From positions 63,612,001-63,676,000 of the forward strand of contig NC_058384.1 of NCBI RefSeq assembly GCF_018350175.1: DNA of 64,000 nt. The letters are read 5' to 3'. Shown piece by piece: positions 1-10,218 of this stretch. The position numbers and the translations under genes were made by a program. Below the pieces are notes generated by a model. That model was not told the origin of the DNA and did no database searches. It saw only the letters and a list, made by a program, of their open reading frames with translations. Source of the DNA: Felis catus (taxonomy: Eukaryota). Position 1 is the stretch's first letter; the number at the start of each line of letters is the position of its first letter.

Positions 1-560
1 GTGCTGAAAGCCTCCGTCTTGCAGTCGCTTTCCCAGCGCCCGGGGCGGGAGCTTCCCCGGAGGGGCAGTGGGGCGCCCCCGGAGGGCTCGGGGACTCGGG
101 GCTGCCGCGCCCTCCCTCGCTCCCGGGTTCCCGCGCCGCGGCCTCCCCGCCGCAGGCTCGCCCGGAGCTCACCTCGCTCATCGCGGCGGCCGGACGGGGC
201 GCGGCACGTGCAGCAGAGGCGAGGGGCCCTCGGGGCTGCGCGGGCGACGGCCGCGGGTGGCGGGGCTCGGAGGCGGGAGCCCCGGCCGACGAGCGGAGCA
301 GAGGCTGGTGCGGGGAGGGGTGGGGGGCGCTGCTCCGGAACCCGCACCCCGGCTCTCGGCGACCAGCTCCCCGCCGCCCGGTCCCCTCCCGACCCCGTCC
401 TGTCGGAGCCGCTCCGCGCGCCTCCGCCGGGCGCTCCTTTTATAGTCGGCGCCGCACCCGCCTCCGGCCCGACCAATAGGAGCGCCTCCTGCCGCAGAGT
501 GACGGCGCGGCGCATCCAATGGTGGCGGGCCCAGCGGTCTGCTGCATTTCCAAACTAGGG
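1..560 (-). promoter_or_regulatory. CpG island promoter of PCP4L1
   Basis: Very GC/CpG-rich; TATAAAA on minus strand at 438-444; CCAAT at 473-477 and 516-520. Confidence 0.75.
173..181 (-). CDS. PCP4L1: Purkinje cell protein 4-like 1, coding exon 1 (Met-Ser-Glu); rest of gene lies left of the window
   Basis: Minus strand reads ATG AGC GAG|gtgagc in a CpG island; MSE matches the PCP4L1 N-terminus, and the position divergent from NR1I3 fits conserved synteny. Confidence 0.8.
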
Positions 561-1863
561 TAAGAAGGTCCGAGAGCGGGGAGGAGGGGGAGACCGTCGG
601 GGGAAGCTAGCGCGCAAAGTGAAGTCGCGGGGCCAAAGAAGGAGGGAGAGGAGGGAGTGGTACACGAGGGAGGGGAGGAGGGAGAGGGAAGGAAGGAGTG
701 CGGGAGTTCGAGACAGCGGAGAAAGAACTGGAAGGAAATCAAGAGGGTATCCGAATGAAAGGGGTAGAGCCAAGAGTTGTTGCAGATTAAGATTTAGTCG
801 TAGGACGGCAGTCTGATTAAGAAAAGGGAACAAAGGAGGAAGAGAGGGAGAGAGAGAGAGGAGGGAGGAGAGACTCAGAGACAGAAGCAGGTGGACCGTA
901 TTCCATGGCAAAGAGCTGGGAAATTGTGAAGTGCCTGTTTGAGAATATTCTAGATCTTAGGAGTAGAAAGTTTACGATTCACCTGTCTTACCTCCCATAT
1001 AATGCAAAAAAAAAAAAAAAAAAAAAAGTCCCTTAAGCATCCACTTGAATAGGTAATGAGCTCCCCACAGAGTGAATTTACAACTGCTTATTCATTCAGT
1101 CTCAGTCTGACGATGTGCCCTCCACTGTATCAGGCATGATGCTGAGAGCATTAAAAAAAAAAAAAAAAGGGGACACACTTAATATGACTTTGCCCCTATT
1201 GGTGCCATTGAAATAGGGTTCAACATGCAAGTCCCGTTAGCCTGTGTCTTCCTGCAATTTAGGTAGCTGCCCATGTGGTGGTTCCTGTTTGAGTACCAGA
1301 GTCCCCTAGCCAAGTGGGGTGTAGGGAGCAGATGTGAAAGATGAAGCCCACGGTCCAATCTGCATAGACGGTTTTTCAAGAAGATGGAGTTTTACTCAAT
1401 AATTATGTCGTCTAAGTTCCAGAGGGGAAATATGGTTTGAGCAAGATGAAGGGAAGTCAAACACAGAGGCGAGAGTCATGAACTCCCCAAGAACTTCCAC
1501 TGATACTCCCTTTTATCTAACTATCTAGCTTTCATTTCTGCTTTAAGGAAATCCTCCAAATCCTCTTGCCTAGATACTTCTAGGCACTGTAAAGCCATTG
1601 AAGAAACTTTTAGGCGCGTGTAAAGCCTCCATAGAGTTTCAGTGTGCCAAAACCAAGCTCTCTCAGCTTCAGCTATGACATCCTTTTGATAGTTTCCTTC
1701 ATGGCCTGTAACAACTGAGTCATTATAGCTGGGCTACTCTCAGCCGAGAACCACTGATCTCTTTTCAACAACCAGATTCAGAGAAGACCTCAATACCCTT
1801 TCTCTAGCTGGATCCTCGGTGCTTTCACATTTTCACTTTTTTTTTTTTTATTCCCTGGTAATG

Positions 1864-1950
1864 AAAAAAATTTTAATTCCATTATAGTTAACATACAGGG
1901 TCATATTAGGTTCGGGTGTACAATGTCATGATTCAACAATTCTATCCATG
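1864..1950 (-). mobile_element. Short LINE-1 3' end fragment
   Basis: T-rich start then ttccattatagttaacatacagggtcatattaggttcgggtgtacaa, resembling the reverse complement of carnivore L1 3' ends. Confidence 0.45.
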
Positions 1951-2254
1951 ACCAAAGTGCTTTTACACCCTCTCTGCTAGGTCAGAAACAGAGAAGAAGG
2001 GGGAAAGATCACGTCTTTTCCCCCATCCACCTGAGATCCTCTGACTCTCAGTTACCAATGGGAATCTGGTTGCCTAAGTTACCCAGTTTCTAACCAGGCT
2101 GGCTCCTACTCACTCTAACCTGCTCCTCTGGCTACCCCCACCTTTCTAATGAATGGTTAATTAGTATTGAAAAGATTGCCTGTAACGAAGCACACCTCTC
2201 CCAAGTTCTTAAACAGCTCTGCAAAGATTACAAAGAGAAGTTAAGGTCCTAGGT

Positions 2255-2551
2255 CAGAGATCATCAGCATGCTTTTTCTGTAACAACCAGAGAGTAAATA
2301 TTGTAAGCTTTGCAGGCATCGTGGTCTCTGTTAAAATGATTCAAGTCTCCCACCACCGCCTGAAAGCAGTCATAAACAATAAGGGTGGCTCTATGCTAAT
2401 AAAACTTTGTTTGTGGACACTGGAGTGTGAATTTCACGTAATTTTCACGTGTCCTGAAATATTCTTTTTCTTCTTTTTAAGTTTAAATATAAAAACCATT
2501 CTCAGCTCATAGGCTCTGCAAAAAAAAAAGGCAGGAGGCCAGATCTGGCTT
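2255..2551 (+). mobile_element. MER58B-like hAT-Charlie DNA transposon relic
   Basis: Contains ttttctgtaa..agtaaatatt..ctttgcaggc..aataaaactttgtttgtggacact..gaatttcacgtaattttcacgtgtc..aaaaccattctcagctc, following the MER58B consensus as recalled. Confidence 0.7.
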
Positions 2552-2818
2552 ACTTAGATGATTACATACCCAACAGTGTGTACAACAGTAAGTTGCATCA
2601 TAGTAAATAGTAATAGATCAAAGAAGATAGACATGGTCCAGGACCAAAAGACCAAAACCTTCCTGCAGAAAATGGGATTTGGGTTGGGCCTCAAGGGAAG
2701 GATAATATTTAGGCAAATAGTGGAAGGAAATGGAAAGAAAGAAAAAAAAAAGATGTATCTATCTGGCCTCTGGGTGTTAACAAGAGAAAAATAATGAAAT
2801 AAGACTGTGGTTGATGAC

Positions 2819-2940
2819 GGGCACCTGGGTGACTCAGTGAAGCACTAAACTCTTGACTTCAGCTCAGGCCATGATCTCGAAGTTTGTGAGACTGAGCCGC
2901 CCATCAGGCTCTGTGCTGACAGTGAGGAGACTACTTGGGA

Positions 2941-2978
<38 letters not shown>

Positions 2979-3048
2979 ATAAATAAATAAACATAAAAAT
3001 TTTTGAAAACTCATCAGTGGCATGTTTGTTTGTCTGTTTTTTAAAAAA
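2819..3048 (+). mobile_element. Can-SINE (SINEC)
   Basis: ggcacctgggtgactcag head, (CT)n, A-rich tail, degenerate TSD aagactg.gttg.tga. Confidence 0.85.
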
Positions 3049-3679
3049 AAGACTGGTTGGTGAATAGGGAAGCTACAGGAGACGTGTAGGGCCTTGAATA
3101 TCAGAATAAGGAACTTAAACCTGACCTTTGTACAAACAGCATTTTTAGATTATTCTTCCAGAGGAAACAGGGCTGATCTGGCAAGAGAAGGGTGAGGAGC
3201 AGGGAGAGCAAGATGGGGATTTTGCAGTTGGACAAAGTATAAGAGTCTGGGTGAGTGTAGGGAAAGTGACAGAAGAGAAGGGAAGTGTTTGAACCGGAAC
3301 CTGGGGGACCAAACCGAATACAGCAGACTGAGACTGGAGGTTTGGCTCAAACTTGAACACCTGAGTGAGGTCAGCCACATGTCAGCTGCGAACATGGCAG
3401 GTAGGAACGGCTCAGAAGCCAGAATGGAGTCAGGAATCAGACTAGAAGCCTAATGAGTTTCCCGTCGGAGAACGAGGATAGCAAAGGATGATTAGCTGTA
3501 AAAGACAGTGGCTAAAAGGGAAACAGGAATGTGTCCAGGTGACATCATGGAACCTGTACTGCTAGAAAATGCCTAGTATAAGGTGGGTGTCCATTAAATA
3601 CCTGCTAAGTGAATGCAGTCACCAATAATAACATGTGGAAAGAGCGTGAGTTTGGAATCAGACCGTAATGCATACCCTA

Positions 3680-4450
3680 TTTATTCATTCCATAAGCATT
3701 TATTATATGGGCCTGACGCATACAAACCCTCAGGGTCTGAGAAACGAAAGAAAGAGGCCGCTGTTGGCTTCAACGACTCACAGTTGATTGACAGAATCTG
3801 AAAGACACAATTGCTCAGCAATGTGTAAGTGGTGTGACAGATAAGTGTGTGCAGAGGTGTAGCTCTGACCCGCAGTCTCCCAAAGGCAATCTTCTGTGCT
3901 CGGGGGCCTGAAGGGTCACGCGGATCGGGAGGATCAGGAAAGTGGTGGGGGGGGGGGGGACAGTGATGCTTTGGAAGCTGAGGTGTGTATGGCAACTCCA
4001 ACCAGACAGAATAACAAGGGCTCGTGTTCAGAGGTGAGTGAGCCCAGCTTGTTCAGGGATCTCTAAGTGTTCAAGCACCTCTAGAGCCAGAACGTGATGT
4101 GTTAGATCAGGAGAGGGAAGTGGGGTTGGAATAGATGAGACCAGAGTGACAAACAGGGGCCAGATCGCAAAGGACTGTGTGTGACATGCTAAAGAGATTG
4201 GCTTTTATCCTGAAGGTGATGGGAAGCAAATGAAGAATTTTAAGCAGGAAAGAGACATGATCCAATTTGCATTTTAGAAATAGCAACAGCATAGAGGATG
4301 GGCCAGAAGGAGATGGCACTGGGTGTAGGAGAATAATTTAGCAGGCTACCGCAGTGATAAGTAGAAAGTGATGAGGGTCTGAACTCAGCTTCGAGGTAGT
4401 GGGCATGGCAGGCCAAGAGACAGGAATGACCGGCACAGCATGTGATCATT
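3680..4450 (-). mobile_element. LINE-2 fragments
   Basis: ttattcattcc..agcatttatt 3' end motif and ggcttttatcctgaaggtgatgggaag..ttttaagcagg..gacatgatccaatttgcattttagaaa, typical L2 antisense text. Confidence 0.55.
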
Positions 4451-4845
4451 TTCAGGGAGGGAGGGAGAGAAAGGAGGCTGGGTGACTCCCCAGCTTCTGG
4501 CTTGGCATCTGGGAGCAGGTGGCCATGGAGAGGAAGGAAAGAAGGAGGGGAAGAGGACGATTATGTGTCAACGTCCTTCCATGTTCACAACAGACCTGGC
4601 GAGTGGGCGTTATTAACCCCCTTTCCCAGATAAGAAGACTGAAGTTCAGGGAGTTTAGCCCGATAGGTCACAGCCAACAGAGATTTTTTTTTTTTTTCCC
4701 AGTCCCTGGGACAGGAATGTGGGAAGAGGGTAAGGACCCCAGTTAACCCTGAAAGTCTGCTCAGCATGGATGTGAGGGGCCTACCACAGAGGCTCCCAGC
4801 CTCAGTCTGCTCCGTGGGGGAGACCTTAAGGCTGGGAGCACTTCT

Positions 4846-4962
4846 TTTTTTTTTTTTAATTTTTATTGATTCAAGTAATCTCTACACCCCACATGGGACT
4901 CAAACTCACAACCCGGAGATCAAGAGTCACATGCTCTTTCAACTGAGACAGCCAGGTGCCCC
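4846..4962 (-). mobile_element. Short tRNA-Lys-derived carnivore SINE with 18-bp TSD
   Basis: Reverse complement is tRNA-Lys-like plus gtgtagagattact and an A tail; perfect TSD aaggctgggagcacttct at 4828-4845 and 4963-4980. Confidence 0.85.
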
Positions 4963-5377
4963 AAGGCTGGGAGCACTTCTGTACATAAAAGACCAAGCTC
5001 AGAGATGTGTGTCCCCAAGGCAACTGTCAAAAGAACAGGGCTCAGGGTGGTCCCTGGGCCCCAGGAGAAGGGGCAGCCCTGGGCCCGAGCATCCTTCCAC
5101 CAGCCTGAACTCCTCCCTAAGCATCTAATACCCATCCAGGAGGAGGAAGCCAGCCTCCCTTCCCTTGTCTGGGATTGGCCCAGCCTGATGAATTCAGACT
5201 CTCATGGAGCTGAGTCTCAGTGATGTCAAATGATCACAAAAGTAACTCAGCACGAGCCTAGTCAGAATTTGAACCTAAGTCTTATGACGCCCAAACTCAT
5301 GCTCTTTCCACTTTCTCGTGCTAGGATAGCCACCAAGTTAGGTAACATAGAAGTTAGTGGGAGTCGACAATGATTTT

Positions 5378-6570
5378 CTTTTTTTTTTTTTTCAGTATTA
5401 TTAAGATATAATTGATAGATAACATTGTATAAACTTGAGGTGCACAACATCGTGATTTCTTCGTACATGTACGGTGAAATGATTCACCTGACAGCGTTCT
5501 AAATTCTTTTCCTTGTAATGAGAACTTTGAAGATCGACTCTCTGAGCCACCTTCAAATGTACCATATGGTTAATTATAGTCACCATGCTGTGTATTACAT
5601 CCTTTGAATTTTTTTTTTATCTTATAACTAGGAGTTTGTACCTTTTGACCAACTTCGCCCAATTCCCGCACCACCTCCCCCCTCCACCTCTGGCAACCAA
5701 AAATCTGATCTCTGTGTCCATGAGTTTGTCTTAGATTCCACAGGTAAGTGAGATCCTATAGTTGTCTTCCTCTGACTTATTTCGCTTAGCATAATGNNNN
5801 NNNNNNNNNNNNNNNNNNNNNNNNNNNNNNNNNNNNNNNNNNNNNNNNNNNNNNNNNNNNNNNNNNNNNNNNNNNNNNNNNNNNNNNNNNNNNNNNNNNN
5901 NNNNNNNNNNNNNNNNNNNNNNNNNNNNNNNNTCTAGTGATAGACACCTTTTTTGTCTTAGCTGTTGTAAGTAATGTTACAATGAGCAAGGGGGGGTGCA
6001 CTATCCCTTCANNNNNNNNNNNNNNNNNNNNNNNNNNNNNNNNNNNNNNNNNNNNNNNNNNNNNNNNNNNNNNNNNNNNNNNNNNNNNNNNNNNNNNNNN
6101 NNNNNNNNNNNNNNNNNNNNNNNNNNNNNNNNNNNNNNNNNNNNNNNNNNNNNNNNNNNNNNNNNNNNNNNNNNNNNNNNNNNNNNNNNNNNNNNNNNNN
6201 NNNNNNNNNNNNNNNNNNNNNNNNNNNNNNNNNNNNNNNNNNNNNNNNNNNNNNNNNNNNNNNNNNNNNNNNNNNNNNNNNNNNNNNNNNNNNNNNNNNN
6301 NNNNNNNNNNNNNNNNNNNNNNNNNNNNNNNNNNNGTCTATCTCGGTCCTTTGTTCATTTTTCATTGGATTATTTGAGGGTTTTTTCTATTGAGTTGCTT
6401 ATATAGTTTGGATATTAACCCCTTACGGGATGTGTTCTTTGCAAACATTTTCTCCCATTGTGTAGGTCGCCTTTTCATTTTACTGATGGTTCCCTTTGCT
6501 GTGCAGAAGCTTTTTAGCTTGACATAGTCCTACTTGTTTATTTTTTTGTTTTGTTGCCTGTGCCTTGGGT
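5378..6570 (-). mobile_element. LINE-1 3' UTR/ORF2 end fragment, interrupted by two N gaps
   Basis: T tail, then L1 3' UTR text and the L1 ORF2 antisense hallmark tccctttgctgtgcagaagctttttagcttg. Confidence 0.8.
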
Positions 6571-6659
6571 ATCGTAGAGCTCCATTGTAAGACCTATTGA
6601 ATTTGAGATGCCCATGTGACACCCAAATAAAGACATCTAATAAACTGGTGGGTCTACTG

Positions 6660-6735
6660 ATCCTCCTGTAAGTTATTTAAACTCTCTGAGGCTTAGTTTT
6701 CTCTTCCGTAAAATGGTGATATTATCTATCCGGTA
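6660..6735 (+). mobile_element. MIR fragment
   Basis: aagttatttaaactctctgaggcttagttttctcttccgtaaaatgg matches the MIR core. Confidence 0.6.
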
Positions 6736-7387
6736 GAGTTAACGCTCACTGAGAATAAATTAATGGAGCGATGGATGCCTAGCCTATTATATCATTTTTA
6801 TCACACAACTTAGAGCTCGATTCTTTCCTGTGAGATGTAGGAGTTCAATTTGTTCGTGCACGCTCCATAATTAGACAATTCATTCCTCAGTAATAGGGAC
6901 CTTCTCTTTTGTCCGTCCCAATAAAGTGTCACCACAGAGTGGGCACTTAATAGCTTCCAGCTGTAGAAGTGGATAGAGGCCCAGGACGCAGGACCCCATC
7001 CTCCTCCAGCCATCTCTTTCCCGGTGGGTGGAACCAGCATCCATTTCATCACTGGTGCTAGAAACCTGAAGTTCTGTTGAACTCCCCCTCCTCTTTCTCC
7101 GGGCAGACAGTCTAGCGCACCAAGTTCCAATGATTGCACCTCTGGGAATTTCTCAAAACCCTCTCTTCCTCTACGTCCTCCCACTGTCCTAGCTCAGGTG
7201 TAATCTTCTCCCAGTTACAGGACAACAAGAGCTTTCTTACTGGTCTCTTCGCCTCAGGTCCAGCCCCGTCAAATCCATCTTCCAAACAGCCAGCAAAGAA
7301 AGATATTTACAATAAGATAGATCTATCCAGAATAGATAGCCTCATGTCACTTCTCGGCTTCCCCTTTAAAAGCTTTCTGATGGACTC

Positions 7388-7558
7388 GGGGCACCTGGGT
7401 GGCTCCGTCGGTTGAGCATCTGACACTTGATTATTGGTTGAGCTCAGGTCATGAGCTCAGGGTCGTGGGATCGAGCCCCATGTCGGGGCTCAGCGCGGAG
7501 CCTGCTTAAGATTCTCTCTCTCCCTCTCTCTCTCAAATAATAAACAAACAAACAAATT
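7388..7558 (+). mobile_element. Can-SINE
   Basis: ggggcacctgggtggctc head, B-box-like gggatcgagccc, CT tract, A tail. Confidence 0.85.
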
Positions 7559-8132
7559 CAAGCTGTCTGGCGGACTCAAGCTGCTTAGTCTGGGGGACAG
7601 GAGGTCCCCTGCAAACTGGCCCTGCCTGTATCTCAGCCTCCCAGCCCACCTCTCCAGAATTCTCTCCTCCCACCTCCAATCTGAAGGGCTAGGCTCCTGC
7701 GAGAGGGAGATATTTGAGGTTCAGCCACACCCACTTTTGTGTCTGGCTTCGTGAACTTCCGCAGGTTGCGCCCTCTGCCTGAGCCGCATTTTGCTGTCAC
7801 CTGACTCCTCGGTCCCCTTTCCAAATCGGCTCAGTTGTCACGCCTCCAGGAAACCTTTCCTGCCTCCTCTTCAGCACCTTTTTGCCACAGCGGACTTAGG
7901 TGCCCCTCACCTGTGGTCCCATATGCTCTGTGCACAGCGCCGTCCTTGCTCTGACTACGCTTCGCTTTATCTGTGCGAGGGTCCGTCTGCCTCACCAGCA
8001 CATGTAAATTCCATGAGGACAGAACATCTCAGTCATCATAGATCTTGGGAGTATGTGTATATACATATACATTTATTCATATATATATTTATTCACACAC
8101 ACACACACTGTTCACACTTGTGAAAATATTCT

Positions 8133-8355
8133 TTTTTTTAAAGTTTTTTTAAATGTTTATTTATTTTTGAGAAAGAGAGAGAGACAGAGAGCAAGCAGGG
8201 GAGGGGCAGAGAGAGAGGGAGACACAGAATCCGAAGCAGCTCCAGGCTCCGAGCTGTCAGCACGGAGCCCAACGCGGGGCTCGAACTCACAAACTGTGAG
8301 ATGGTGACCGGAGCCGAAGTCAGATGCCTAACCGACTGAGCCACCCAGGTGCCCC
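8133..8355 (-). mobile_element. Felid Can-SINE
   Basis: Full-length reverse copy; TSD gaaaa(t/c)attctt. Confidence 0.9.
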
Positions 8356-8553
8356 GAAAACATTCTTCAATGTTGACGGAGCACCAGACAACTCCAGTGA
8401 AGCTCCAACTTGTGATTCTTTTTTATTTATTTTTTACACAGCAGTTTACTAAAGCAAAAAATATATTCAAGGTGGGAGAGTGGGCAGGTTCCCAGAGGTG
8501 GAACTGGCCCCTACTTTTGATTCTTAAACTTATTAATTCAAAGTCCTTCATCT

Positions 8554-8745
8554 GGAGGCGCCTGGGTGGCTCGGTCGGTTAAACATCCAACTCTCGAGAT
8601 CAGCTTAGGTCCTGATCTCACTCTCGTGAGACTGAGCCCTACATTGGGCTCCGTGCTGAGCGTGGAGCCTGCTGGGGATTCTCTCTCTCTCCCCCTGCCC
8701 CTCCCCCTGCTCACATGCTCTCTCCCAGACAGGACTGAAAACATA
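8554..8745 (+). mobile_element. Can-SINE
   Basis: ggcgcctgggtggctcggtcggttaa head, CT-rich tail. Confidence 0.85.
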
Positions 8746-9365
8746 ATTCGGAGGACCCACTAAAAAACAGAAATGCAAATCGCCTTGTTCAAAAATCATT
8801 AAGAATCTCAAGATGAGACCATTAAGATCTCAAGCAATGGCAGAGTGTTAAACCAAACCCAAGGCTCCTCTGAGCCCAGGGTCTTGTGTGACTGCACAGG
8901 TCGCGTGCCCATGAAGCCAGCTCTGGTGCAAGGGTCCTCAAATCAACCCTAACTACTACCTCTAATGTGTTAGGGGCCACTCTGATTTGATTCTCAGCCC
9001 TCCCTAGTTAGGAAGCGTGGACCTCGTTAGCTCTTTGCATACACTTCATTAGTGTATGCACTAATGCTCTTTTTAAGAACTTTCATTTTGGGAGCCTTGT
9101 GCCACCGTTACGCCCACTCCTTTACCGTCGTCATACTGCACGTGAAAAAGCGTGCTCTGTCTCTCCCTCTCCCTTCCCAGTTTGTCCAAGATCCACGTTC
9201 AGGGGCGGCTTACAGATCTAGCCTGAAGCTAGCTAGTAAGGAAGATCTCCACGGGTCTGATGAGAAGCAGCTTCCAGCGAGTCGTGAGGGTCCCCACCCC
9301 CACCAGCGTCCCGCCCCATGTGCCAGCTATCTGCACCCTGGGCATGCTGGGAAAACCTCCCACCC

Positions 9366-9378
9366 AGGCCTTTGCCCT
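9366..9378 (+). promoter_or_regulatory. HNF4A DR1 element of the NR1I3 proximal promoter
   Basis: AGGCCT t TGCCCT, the DR1 recalled for the human CAR promoter, just upstream of exon-1-like sequence. Confidence 0.75.
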
Positions 9379-9454
9379 GGGTCCAGAGTCTGTGCCCTAT
9401 CTAGGTAGTCGCTGGGACCCACTGGAGGCCACCCACAACAGAAGTGCCTTGTTT

Positions 9455-9569
9455 TCCAGGCGTGGAGGGCCATACTCCCTAACTCCAAACACTGGCAGCG
9501 TGGAAGTTTGGGGAGAGGTGTCCCACACCAGATGCTGAGCCCTGCGGGTGACTGGCCCAAGAGTAGCAG
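9455..9569 (+). other. NR1I3: NR1I3 non-coding exon 1 (5' boundary approximate)
   Basis: Resembles the human NR1I3 5' UTR (cctaactccaa..cagcgtggaagtttggggagagg); donor cag|gtagga at 9569/9570; exon 2 acceptor at 10185/10186. Confidence 0.65.
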
Positions 9570-9616
9570 GTAGGACATCTTTGAGGGGGGGCAGAGTCTA
9601 AAAGCAATAAAGTACA

Positions 9617-10058
9617 GGGGCGCCTGGCGGGGGGCGGGGGGCTCAGTCGGCAGACTTCAGCTCAGGTCACGATCTCCCAGTTTGTGAGTTCGCGCCCCGC
9701 GTCGGGCTCTGTGCCAACAGCTCAGAGCCTGGAGCCCGCTTCGGATTCTTGGTCTCCGTCTCTCTCTGCCCCCTCCCCCACTTGTGCTCTGTCTCTCTCT
9801 GTCTCTCAAAAATACGTAAATGTCGGGGCGCCTGGGTGGCGCAGTCGGTTAAGCGTCCGACTTCAGCCAGGTCACGATCTCGCGGTCTGTGAGTTCGAGC
9901 CCCGCGTCAGGCTCTGGGCTGATGGCTCAGAACCTGGAGCCTGTTTCGGATTCTGTGTCTCCCTCTCTCTCTGCCCCTCCCCCGTTCATGCTCTGTCTCT
10001 CTCTGTCTCAAAAATAAATAAATGTTAAAAAAAAATACGTAAATGTAAAATAAATATA
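9617..10058 (+). mobile_element. Nested SINE pair in NR1I3 intron 1 (inner copy about 9824-10030)
   Basis: Outer TSD taaaagcaataaagtacag (9599-9617, 10059-10077); inner TSD aaaaatacgtaaatgt (9808-9823, 10031-10046). Confidence 0.9.
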
Positions 10059-10218
10059 TAAAAGCAATAAAGTACAGATAATGCAGAGGGTCAGATCCAA
10101 GGCGGGTTCGGGAAGGGGGTCTCTAAGAGGGGGAGAAGGGGGTCAAGGGTACCAGGAGCTGACCGCTGACGCTTCCCACATTCAGGGGCCCGTGACGGCC
10201 ACTCCAACGTCTGAAGCC

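Noticed and set aside
1-558. 185-aa and overlapping ORFs in the first CpG island
   Set aside because: Low-complexity Arg/Pro/Gly/Ala translations expected from GC-rich promoter DNA; the real coding part is the 9-nt PCP4L1 exon.
4846-4962. tRNA-Lys-like sequence
   Set aside because: Has a SINE tail and TSD and is diverged; it is a SINE, not a tRNA gene.
5786-6406. ORFs full of X residues (also near 21556-21838, 27168-28001, 49369-49797)
   Set aside because: Artefacts of N gaps at 5797-5932, 6012-6335, 21591-21751, 27606-27760 and 49561-49689.
10081-10218. In-frame ATG 46 codons upstream of the CAR start
   Set aside because: Lies in intron 1, upstream of the exon 2 acceptor at 10185, so it is absent from the spliced mRNA.
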